Below are positions 1 through 10,682 of a DNA stretch of 64,000 nt, piece by piece; position 1 is the first letter of the stretch; each line of letters begins with the position of its first letter. The translations under genes and the position numbers were made by a program. Origin of the DNA: Antedon mediterranea (lineage: Eukaryota > Animalia > Echinodermata); NCBI RefSeq assembly GCF_964355755.1, contig NC_092670.1:9166201-9230200 (forward strand), in the 5' to 3' direction. The notes below the pieces were generated by a model, which did no database searches, was not told where the DNA came from, and saw only the letters and a program-made list of their open reading frames with translations.

Positions 1-678
1 AAAGGTGGAAAACAATAAAAATAATTTCAGATTTTATGTATGCTTTAATGTATTACAAATCGACGTAGAAATACTACACTATTGATGTTTTTATGGAAAA
101 TTGTAAATTGCTGGCATTAAAGTGGGTTTACACCTAATATGGATTAAAGAACATTCTTTAGACTTTCCCTTTTCTTTAACGATTTAATGCTACTGATTAA
201 ATTAAATATTAACAATATTTACAATATTTTTTTCATAAAATATCATACATTACATTTATTATTACCTAGGAAATGAGCTTGACAATATAAAGTAAAATTG
301 ATTGTTTCTAAATATTAGGATAGATTTTTTCCTCTGAGGAATGTAAACTCTTTTTCTCCTATTATCAGAACATCCTAAACCAGGCCTTAATTTGCGTCGA
401 TCTTCATAGAATTTTGCAATAAGCACGAATACATAAAGTTTGTACGCAAACAATGCTTAAATCGTTGTTAAAAAATAATAGGTCTACACAGTGTACAGTA
501 TCCATATAAATATATCAATTCAATTATGAATTAATAATATAATAAGTTTGACACTTTGATAAGCAGCGTCAGAATATATAGAAGATATTGATGTATTGTT
601 TTATGTTTCAAATCGCTGTTGGTTTTGATTGAATAGGCCTAAAATAAAAATAAAATAAAATATATTGTTAGTACTTAC

Positions 679-970
679 CACGTTTAATACGTATGAGTTC
701 TTCACTGAATAACTTGAAGAATGTGGTTTGGGTTTGGCAGATCAACTTCTTATAGAGAATTAATGTTTACTTTGTACGCTTTGTTTATTTTAAAGAGTTT
801 AGTATATTTACTTTCAAATACAGTGATCTTTTATCATTTTTGTGACTTATGTTTGCCGACTAATTCATGTTTTACTGAAAGAGTGGTGATCACAAACTGT
901 TTGTCAGGTCACCTGAAAACTTTCTATGGGAGTGCAGTCCTAAGCTTTTGATGTCGACGCTGGCTTCTTG
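679..970 (-). promoter_or_regulatory. Promoter and non-coding first exon of a third secreted-peptide paralog (coding exons off the left edge)
   Basis: Homologous to 5101-5330 and 12598-12800. TATA-like TATAAG at 754-749, exon ending CGTG|GTAAGT at 679/678, shared TAAAGAGTTT and TGGCTTC motifs. Confidence 0.55.
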
Positions 971-2817
971 GTCAGGAACACGTGCCAAATACTTGCTCTC
1001 TACAATTCACTAATATAAACTCACTGATTTAAATTTTATACATACAAGTACAAAACTGTGTAAATCGGGAAAAATCAAATATGATATATTATTTATGTTA
1101 AATTTGTACCCACTAACAAACTTTTAAGTTTGTAAGTAAAAAATATTTCAACACTATAGTAACAAATCAGCAAGTTATATTGTATTTTAACACTAGTAGA
1201 ATTCCTGTACGCTACAAAGTTGATTTTGAAATCAAGTGTAGGTCAAGTGGATTGACAATGCATATTTGCATATTTCAGGTCAGGTGGGCCATCGTGTAAA
1301 AACTACGCTATAGAATCATTAACCGGTACACTTCGTGTCAACCTTGTTTAAGGGAAGCTTATCCGCCAGACATTATTGCTACGATTGTAAGTAATTATAA
1401 TCATTACGTATATTTTTCATCTAATTATAATGTGACAAACATGTATGTATCGTATTATTTCTATGCTAAACTGATACCGCAGCTCGTCTGTGTAAATTAG
1501 CATTTATACTGTATCATTCATTAAGTATGTTCACCATTGTTGTTGGCTAAGACCTGTACTTCATAGAGAAGATGTGATTGTGTAAAAGACACTTTATCTC
1601 TCTGTTCATCATTCATGATTAGCATTAATATTGTAGTGACAGAACCCCTTTCCCATCCCCTGCAAAATATCATAAATCCGCTGTTTTGCCCATATAACGG
1701 CTTAACAAGTGCCTACATTATATTGAAATTTGCAATAGGCTATAAAGAAAATAAATTCAAACAACGCTTAAACCTAAATACTCTGAATGCCAATTTCAAC
1801 CTATTAAAGTTCATTCATTTAAATATCAATTCGTGCTAATCAATTCTGAACTAAAAGTAAAATAAAAGACATAGGCTACATTGACAATTAATGAAAAGCA
1901 AAATCAAAATAGGAATAGGCCTACTGAATGGTATTATAAAGTGTGGTAGGTAGTTGGAAATTCAGCTTTTTATAGATATTTTTTCCTGGAAATCAATTAG
2001 TGACCACATCGTGTATAACTATGTATAGAAATCCAGTCATATTGCTGTTTGGCAAAAACCGGACTTGGATGTCAGTAAGGTTACAATGGCCTCCCTGTCC
2101 ATGTACAAAGTTGCGGTGAGTTAAGCCGAATCAACAGCACAATGGTAAGTCTGGCTGTATATCAGATTGATTACTGACATTTTAAGTAAGGGGGTCAAAA
2201 TACAATATTGATTGTAATCTTTCAATCTTTTTCAAAGTTTAATTTCTAGTAGACCAGTTTCAAACCTCGGCAAGGTCACGCACCTTCTTGATAAACTATT
2301 TGCCGATGTTGTGTCACCGCCGTGTGAACTCTCGCGAATCAAATAATTGTCTTTTGGGTCCTTTGCATTCAGTCGTGTAATCTTAAGATTAGATAAGATA
2401 GGACAAAATGACAGTCCCGTACCTAGTCGGGATAGAAATCACAAACCTCTCCAAACAGTGGCAAACATAGTTTGCAAGCAAAAGTTCGGCGAAGTTTGCT
2501 ACCTATCCTTATAAACAACGGCCTGACCACAAAGAATGAACAGTTAAACCCATGTTTAAACGAAATGAATTTTATTATATGAAATATAGGCTGTGTAAAT
2601 ATTGGAGTCAATTTCTGCTAAAATTGTGGTATCCGTGACATAAAAGTAAAAAGAAGAAAATCCATTCTAATTTGTGCACAAAACGTAATATTATATTCAA
2701 TTACAAACTACTAATGATCCGATTTGGGATTATATTAAATATATATCTATTATAAATGCTGAAACATTGTTATATAATAATTCTTGTCACAACCAGATTT
2801 ATAGAAGGTATGAGGCA

Positions 2818-3642
2818 TCACTTGCTTACCTGAAAAAAAAACCAAATTTGTCAACTCGTTTAAAATGGGTGTTTTTTATGGGAAAAAACAATTGGTATTT
2901 GTAAAATTGAAACTCACTTTACATAGGTAATTCCCAAGTCCGTAATTTATGCACTGAGCAGCTGCATTACCACATGCACTAACCACGTTGTCACATGGGT
3001 CTGTCATGGAAAAAACCGAGAACATAATGATAATCAACATTTATAAAGAAGCATAAAATCATCGCAAGGCCAAAAGTATATTTGAACAAGCTAGTTTTAA
3101 GAAGAGCTTGCATATTACGTAGGCCTACGTAGAATGACGGATGTGAAATGGAAGGCGTTTGTAAAATAATTTAGTGTGTTTTACTTACTGGAACTTGTTG
3201 AACAGAATGATGTTAACAGACCATTGATAAACATTCCAGCGTAGCAGTATTGCCCTGTTGGGCATGGGTTGCCAACACAATAATCACGCTCTGTGAAACA
3301 AAAAGAGTGACGTATCATGTTTTTTCATCACATTTCCCATTTTCATTCTTACCTCATTTCCCATTTTTATCATAATCAAAATGTTTCCCATTTTCAACAT
3401 TAGGCCTTGGATCATTCTGCATCTTTCGCAAATATAGCTCTTTATCTCTTTATAAACAACTTTATTGATTTACCTTCCAAGCTTTTCCGTACTTTCATTT
3501 CTTGGATTTCATCCAATAGCTCTCGTTTTTCCGCTTCTTCAATGGCATTCACAAGTTCGTCTCTCAAATCAAATGCTGGCTTGCTGAGAGCAACTCCAGC
3601 GCAGAGGACGACACAACACAATACAAAACCAGTTCGAGCCAT
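2818..3642 (-). CDS. Secreted Cys-rich peptide precursor, copy A (121 aa: signal + acidic pro + two 4-Cys EGF-like modules)
   Basis: Coding exons 3642-3474, 3290-3189, 3000-2918, 2829-2818, all GT-AG with consistent phases 1,1,0. Protein: MARTGFVLCCVVLCAGVALS-KPAFDLRDELVNAIEEAEKRELLDEIQEMKVRKSLEER-DYCVGNPCPTGQYCYAGMFINGLLTSFCSTSS-NPCDNVVSACGNAAAQCINYGLGNYLCKVSK*. Confidence 0.8.
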
Positions 3643-4281
3643 AGTGTCCGGTATCTACAAAGAACAAATCTTAACTGGTATAAAATATATTTCAAGATAA
3701 CTGTCTGACAATTAAATTTATACGATATCCCTCTCTTTCTCTTAGTCGAAAAATATTTTCTTGATTTATGATTACTATAATCTACTAATTCTGAGTCTAC
3801 AGAGAACAGTGCTACATTTATAGCATTCAGTTCTATGTAGATTTATTTATGTTGTAGTGAAATCAATTAAGCTGATAATGACCTTGTAAAAGTGATGTAC
3901 AGTAACAATGGAACATTTATTACTGTATATCCTTCACTAGAAAAGAAAAATTGTTTGAAATGATTGATAAAACATCTCGTAACACGACCTATTTCAAATA
4001 CAATCACAACCCTCCTTCCACATACCGTATTAAGCTTAAGTAAAGAAAACTAACAAAGACCCACTGTCAAGTATGTTCAAAGGACAACGTGTGCTTGTTT
4101 GCCAACTAAAGTAATACCTTGCAAACAATTGAATCTGTTCTATTGAACTGGTTTTGATGCCTTTGATCCCTTTTTAGAAATCTTCATAAATATTTCAAAA
4201 ACGTTGTGACTGTTTTAATGATCATAACATAATAGTGTGAATTCAAAGTGTATACGTTTTTCGCTTCCTTAGAAAATGCAA
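3434..4281. repeat. Segmental duplicate of 10474-11236 (signal/pro exon plus upstream intron)
   Basis: Direct alignment by eye; identical over the signal-peptide codons and splice acceptor, and highly similar through the intron. Confidence 0.95.
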
Positions 4282-5100
4282 AGAGAGAGAAACGGATTAC
4301 ATAAAAGTAGTATTTCAACAAGATCCATTTCCCAATTAAAACGATTCAGCAGAGATGCATATACTATTTTAGTTAATCAAACCCACAGCAACAAATCAAA
4401 TCAACCAAACAATTTTCTTCTTATATGACATTATTCTATTTATATTCATAGAACAAAACAAAATTGACCAAAAAAGTTACCAAAAAATCAAGACAACGGT
4501 TTACATTAGATTGACTTAACTAAAAACAATAGCTTCCAACCATTCCATTTTTTCTATACTTTCGATTCTAGAAAATTGTAGTTTACAGTTACGGATAATA
4601 AAATGAACTTTGACAAAGTAAAAAAGAAGTCCATTGAAGTGTTTTACTGTTAAAATAATAAATTACGTTCATTTCCTGAGCTCTCGGTGTAATGTGTTCC
4701 GCTTCGCAAAAAGAAATCGGACTACTATTCGTTGCGCGCGAACAAATTCGCCAAGTGGAAAATATAAATAGTGGCGATAACCACAGGTCAACACATTTTA
4801 GACTAATAATAAGTGATTGTAAAACCAAAATAGTAGGCCCTACTGGGTTTGATCAACTTTAGAGAAGAGTTAAACGATGATGAAGCTCTATAAAAATACA
4901 AATTGTGATGAGATGAATACGGGCTCGTATAGTCACCGTCAGATTATTCTTAGTCAGTACTTTATGAATAATAAAATAATACTAGAAATAAAGCCCTCAA
5001 ATGTTTATTTTAATAAGTTTTAAGAAGATACTTAGATTAAATGGATAATTACAAGTTGATACAATCCAGTTTGTTGATCAAAACAAAAAATAATACTTGC

Positions 5101-5472
5101 CACTTTGAATATATGTATGAGTTCTTTTAACAGGATCACTGTTAAGGTGTGTTTCTGTTAAACCGCTCACCCTTTTAAAGGTTTATTCTGTCACTGTACT
5201 TTACTTTTAAGGTGGTAAAATTTACATAACACAGTGTTTCTAACTTGTTGGTAACTTGTGTTTGCAGACTAATCTGGAATTGAATTTTATTTGTTTGGTT
5301 TATCCCTAGTGGCTTCCTGTTCATTCACTATTCAATATTAAACTGAATGTTTTCTTTCAGTAAAACCAGACAAGCGCCCATTTTCAATCATTTTATTAAC
5401 AAAGGTTATTATTTACATTCCACAAAAGCAGCTTTTAGCTTTCTTATACATTTGTTTAAAAACCTCAAGTTT
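5101..5472 (-). promoter_or_regulatory. Promoter and non-coding first exon of peptide gene copy A (GC-type donor)
   Basis: Homologous to 12598-12990 and 679-970. TTTAAAA about 75 bp upstream of donor GTG|GCAAGT at 5101/5100. The ATG exon has its own acceptor at 3656-3655, so it needs an upstream exon. Confidence 0.6.
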
Positions 5473-5602
5473 GGATCAAAGTGTCAAAACACCAGACACT
5501 TCTGAATAATATACAAAGATGTAGAGATTATTATTATTAGGTGAGATTTTAATGGAAATAGGAGTGATATTTATCACTTTGTTGTTGTTGCTGCTGCCGA
5601 CG

Positions 5603-5809
5603 TTTTTAGTCACGTGGACGCGACTCAATAGTTCACTATGTCGGTCGGTCGGTCTGTCGGTCTGTCTGTCGGTCCGGTATCACTATGCGTTTTATCGCTT
5701 TTCTGTACTTTTTGAACTGTTTTGATGTACAGACAAGTTTTAAAGTACATTACTTTTGAAAGTTCATTTTTTTTCTGAGAGCACGCGACTTATGGCTGTT
5801 GGCCTTGTT
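5603..5809 (+). mobile_element. Non-autonomous Helentron/DINE-1-like element
   Basis: TTTTTAG start, subterminal inverted repeat AGTCACGTG / CACGCGACT, internal (GTCG/GTCT)n microsatellite, CTTGTT end. Confidence 0.5.
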
Positions 5810-5977
5810 ACTTGATCATTTTGATTTAGTAAAAACATTTTCCTCTGGTTTCTTCGATTAGCATTCAGATATAGTTCATTAATTGTAAACCATTAATTCA
5901 TTAACTTAGCTGACGTATCAAGACAGTTTCGTCAAGCTTTCAACTAGATTGTCAGTTGTTTGTTGTGCGATGCCATG

Positions 5978-6095
5978 TTACAACCGCTAATGTAGAAAAC
6001 GCCAGCTAATGTCGAAACAACAACCGTTATTGTAGAATAATCCACCGCTAATGTAGAAACGCCAACCGCTTATGTAGTAACTAGAGAAACGCCAG
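5978..6095. repeat. Degenerate ~20-bp tandem repeat (ACCGCTAATGTAGAA-like)
   Basis: About 6 imperfect units visible. Confidence 0.7.
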
Positions 6096-7057
6096 TGTGT
6101 GTTTTTACGTAGGGTTTTATTTTTCTTGTTGAACAAATATACCTAGGAAGGTCACAATAGTCTTGAACATTCAACAATCGGGTGCATATAATTATACATT
6201 TTCTTTATTATTCAGTTTGGAAGCAAGTATAGGCCTACCAGGTAGATTACAATAAAATAGCGAATTTCTGTGTTGGGTCATTGACTCATGGTTTCCCTTT
6301 TGTGCTATTTGCCGAAAAAATAAGAATTATAATAAATTTCTTTTCATACGTTTTTTTAATTTTCATATTGTATGGTTCACAATTTATACTAAATTGTTTA
6401 CAGTGAATAATTATAACTCATTGTGAAATACTATAGGCCTATATAATATTTTGAGAAACATGTAACATGTAACAGACAGTTGATTAAAATCGGAACGAGC
6501 ATCACAAAAAATAAACATTTTTAAAAATGAAAAAAAAGGTGAAAATATAGAAAATTCAATCAGATCTACTCGTGTAAATTCGAGGAATTTTCATGGATGT
6601 AAATAATCAGGAGTGAGAAAAGGAATTTCGTCGTTCAATGTGCATTAAACAAAGGTTAAGCCTATTTCACTTAATAAACTCGCACACTCTAAATACAGTT
6701 ATCTAATGCACAGCGTCGTACAAAATATTATTCATTACTATTGAAAATAACATAATTAGATATTTATGCTGAACTGAAAGTGTTATCATTTATCTACAAG
6801 TTTTTTTGTGGAGATGTTGAAAAATTATTAGGCCTAGTAGAAGTAGAATTTAATAAAGGGAACACATTCGGGACCCTAAATAGTGGGTTTCGTGCGGGAA
6901 AAAAAATACAAATATACCAAAATGAACATTAATTTAATGAAAACTGTCAAGCCAGAGATAACCATTATGATATTCATGTTTGTATTAATAACGAATATTT
7001 ATAATTATTTGGTTGTTTTTGTGAAGGGAAAACAAATATTATAGGGGTTACGTCAAA

Positions 7058-7240
7058 CAATAAGGTTTATCGCAAATGCCATGATTTCGCGAGAAACGTC
7101 ATTGCACAATGCAAGATCGGAAGGGTTTGGGAGCAATAGCGCCACCGTATAATACAAACTTTATATACTGGTGGTGCCGCTATTGCTCGAAAACCTTTCC
7201 CATTATGCATCGCTCACGCAATTTGCGATAAACCTTATTG
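7058..7240. mobile_element. Foldback MITE
   Basis: Terminal inverted repeat CAATAAGGTTTATCGCAAAT / ATTTGCGATAAACCTTATTG plus inner arms GAGCAATAGCG / CGCTATTGCTC. Confidence 0.75.
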
Positions 7241-7352
7241 GCACACTCAAACCCGATTATAGGGATGTCCAAAAGGAGAGGTTCTACTGTAACTACAACA
7301 CATCTCTCAAACTATTATATCAAATCAAAATAATTATTCTATTATAAGGCAT

Positions 7353-10300
7353 CTAACCGAAGATCTGAAAGCGTGTCGACCGATAGCACCTACGTGGCAC
7401 ATTGGTTGTGTTCGGATCGGATACGATTTTCATTGATGTTCCGGTCTCAAAAGCCTATAAGAAGAATAAATTATTAGGCCCATTAAACGAATTTTAAAAA
7501 CACAACTGTAAACTGTAAATTATACAACATAGGATATATTTAGATTATTAGAATTGCAAATACCTTTAATACGAATTACCTCCGATTATATAAATTATAC
7601 CAGTTATATAAACATGTTCGAAATGCTTCTTCACTTCCATACTCATTAAAAGCGGTATTTTTCTGAAATAAATTATAGATATAATAGGGCCTACTGTTTC
7701 ACAAAAAGTTATTTACATTATAGTAACATTAGTATTTCTATTAATTATTTTTATAACGGAGTTGACAGTACTTTAGAGAATACTGATTTAAGTGTTATTT
7801 CCTTATATAATATACAATTTTATTTATGATTTTAAGAATGAATTGATTATTATTTTGGAGGCTTTTTATATTATTATTTTCATGCTCTTAGGTTGTCTGT
7901 AATACAGACAATCTAACAACAGAACTGAGCTCGACTTGCCAAGATAGGAACTCGTAACAGTCATTTGATATTATGTCCGGCTGCGAAAAATACCACAATA
8001 CTTTAATCTCCGCATCGCGCGGTGTCTGTTAAAGGGCGTGAACTAATCGTATCGGCATCCACAGATAAACCCTTTGATCTCCGGAGCTCAGTCCTATTAG
8101 ATTGCCTTGGTAATATTAATAATACAAAATACATCTTACCCTCTCGTATGAATCTAAGAAAAGAGAAAGAAAACATTTTGATTTTTATTGGTTAATTAAT
8201 TGTTATTTACTAATTTCGTTGGATGGATTTTGATTGATACAACCAATAATACTTCTCGCACCATATAATTTTAAGGCATATTTTGTTTAAATCACGCCAA
8301 TTAATTCATTCAAATGAATTATAGAAACAAGCTCGGACCACCATCTTAAGTTTCGCCCGTATGTAAATGTTTTCACTTATGAAGTAGAAGGAAAAAAGTC
8401 ATAATCTTCAAGATAAAGAACTACTAAAAGTTAAAAAACTAGAGCAAAAATAATTGATAATTATCAATACTCGAGAGTTGGAACCAATTATTATTATTTG
8501 TCAAGAAAACATACCGTACGTAATCTTAAAATACACGTGTACATGACTGACCTGTGTTATATAAACTTTCAAATTAATGAAAGTTATCAAAGTAAATAGC
8601 ACACAGTTTTAGAAGGTTTATTTTTCAGTGTTTCTGAAATATTCCTCCCAACCTAGCAAATTCCGGCCAAATCCGAAGGCTAATTCTAGTTTAGGTTAGT
8701 ATATCAGTTATATCCTTTATATTAGCATAATTACGTTATCTTTTTTGCTTGAACAGCTAAATACAATGTTTGTACGCTGTATTGCTATTTTTAATGTAGT
8801 CTAGATGTATTTGTTGTAATCCAATACTATATACTACGATACAACGCATAATAAGCGTTAATTAATAACGAAGCTCTAACTTTATTAAGTGTCTTATTTG
8901 GTTATCTGGCTGCCTAGGAGACGCGACCGTTATCGAGGGCAGCACACTCAGCCTGGGTGCAATTATTCGTAATGAATCTAGTATTTTTTGTTATTTATAG
9001 ATGAATATTTTTGTTTAAATGTATTTTCTTTTAGTTTTGTTTAGTTGAGGTGAGGAACTCACCATCTGGTCGCTCTTAATAAAAGGAAAAACGCCTAAAT
9101 TTCGAGTATAAAAAGTAAGTTTATACTACATCATTATCACGGTATTCTAAAAATGCCTGGATAGTACAAATTAAACCAGTTATTGGTTACACTAATTATA
9201 CTAATAGCTCACACACTCTTCATAATAAGAGTTGAGTAATAATTATTATTGTTTATTCTAATTACTGTACAGTGAAACAAATCATGACCTGAGCTACAAA
9301 TCAATAAAATAGACCCTTGAGACAATTATGATGTACATTCATTAAATGTTGCGATTACGTTTGTTCCGAACATGATCTGGATGATGACTTAATTTTCCCA
9401 TACTCTGTTTATTACTCGTTCATATTTTTTCAGAAACCTGCTCAAGTTCATGTAGGAGAGGTAGGTGAAAACATTCGACTGTACGTCTAGTCTTCTAAAA
9501 CATAAAGGGAACCGACAATTGAACTAGAAAACAGTTTGCTTTTGTTAAAACAATGAATTTGTTAAGCTTTGTTTTAGACGAAATATTGATATCATTATCT
9601 TAGAAACATTAAGAGAGGCAAAGATCGTCCACAGATTGTGCAGAATTGTAATATTTTGATCATACGATGTAGTCATTAAATTGGTGATTAAACAAGCACA
9701 CACTTATGCGTTTGAATTCATGTAGGCCTACAGCGACAAGGTAAAGGAAACCTGTTTATGATGTTTTTAAAACGTTAAAATTAAAGATTATATAACACAA
9801 ATGTTTACAATAATGTTATTTTAACGTTTTTAAAACCCCATTAAAAACTGATATTTTAGGTTTTTAAAACTCTACAAATTAACGTTTTTTAATACGAAAA
9901 ATAGCGTTTTTAAAACCAAAAACAATACGTCAAAAAACGTTACTTTAACGTTATTTAAATAGCATTATTTCGTTATATATACGTTTTAAATGTGTGCTTT
10001 AAACGTTAAAATAAAACGTTATTGCAACGTTTGCAAAACTCCACAAATTCACGTATTAAAAACGAAATATAACTTTTGTAAACTCAAAAAATATGTTAAA
10101 ATATAGTATTTTAACGTTATTTTATCTAGAAATATTACGCTATAAATACGTTCAAAATTTTTTTTCAAACGTTACAAAACTACGTTATTTCAACGTTTGC
10201 AAAACTCCACAAATTCACGTATTAAAAACAAATATTATAACGTTTTTAAACCAAAAAAATACGTTAAAAATATAGTATTTTAACGTTATTTTATCTATAA

Positions 10301-10682
10301 ATATTACGTTATAAATACGTTCAAAAAACGTTTTAAAACGTTACAAAAATACGTTATTTCAAGGTTCGCAAAACTCCACAAATTCACGTTTTGAAAACGT
10401 TTAATCAAAACGTTTCCAAAACCAAACCAGTACGTTTTTATAACGTTATTTTAACATAAAATTGTTAGCTGGGATAGCACTTTATCTCGTTATAAACAAC
10501 TTTTTTGTTGATTTACCTGGCATGTCTTTCCGTACTTTCATTTCTTTGATTTCAGTAAATAGCTTCCGTACTTTCGCTTCTTCAATGTCATTCAGTTTGT
10601 CTCTCAAATCAAAGGTTGGCTTGCTGAGAGCAACTCCAGCGCAGAGGACGACACAACACAATACAAAACCAGTTCGAGCCAT
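7353..10682 (-). CDS. Secreted peptide precursor, copy B (predicted 97 aa, two microexons, C-terminal Gly)
   Basis: Exons 10682-10517, 9074-9063 (12 nt), 8153-8140 (14 nt), 7454-7353; GT-AG with phases 1,1,0 all consistent. Protein: MARTGFVLCCVVLCAGVALS-KPTFDLRDKLNDIEEAKVRKLFTEIKEMKVRKDMP-ERPD-DSYER-AFETGTSMKIVSDPNTTNVPRRCYRSTRFQIFG*. The first coding exon is secure; downstream exons are inferred from splice signals. Confidence 0.55.
7906..8106. mobile_element. MITE
   Basis: Inverted termini AGACAATCTAACAACAGAACTGAGCTC / GAGCTCAGTCCTATTAGATTGCC. Confidence 0.6.
9763..10473. mobile_element. Non-autonomous DNA-transposon-like element with internal AACGTT-rich ~167-bp tandem repeats
   Basis: About 4 units carrying CAAAACTCCACAAATTCACGT-like cores; sharp right end ...GTTAGCTGGG; left end degenerate. 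Confidence 0.65.

Noticed and set aside
262-453. 63-aa minus-strand ORF ending near a GT donor, as a possible coding exon of the third peptide paralog
   Set aside because: No ATG, no good acceptor, and no similarity to the MARTG signal/pro exon.
1279-2146. Exon-like plus-strand patches (1279-1387, 2030-2146) with AG/GT ends and some Cys codons
   Set aside because: All frames contain stops and I recognise no protein family.
3442-3473. Unspliced C-terminus GKSIKLFIKR (and GKSTKKLFITR in copy B) as the real peptide end
   Set aside because: A G|GTAAAT donor and in-phase downstream exons explain it as intron read-through, although an intron-retained form cannot be excluded.
3407-3700. Plus-strand ORFs 3407-3700 and 10462-10740
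   Set aside because: Antisense shadows of the signal/pro exons.
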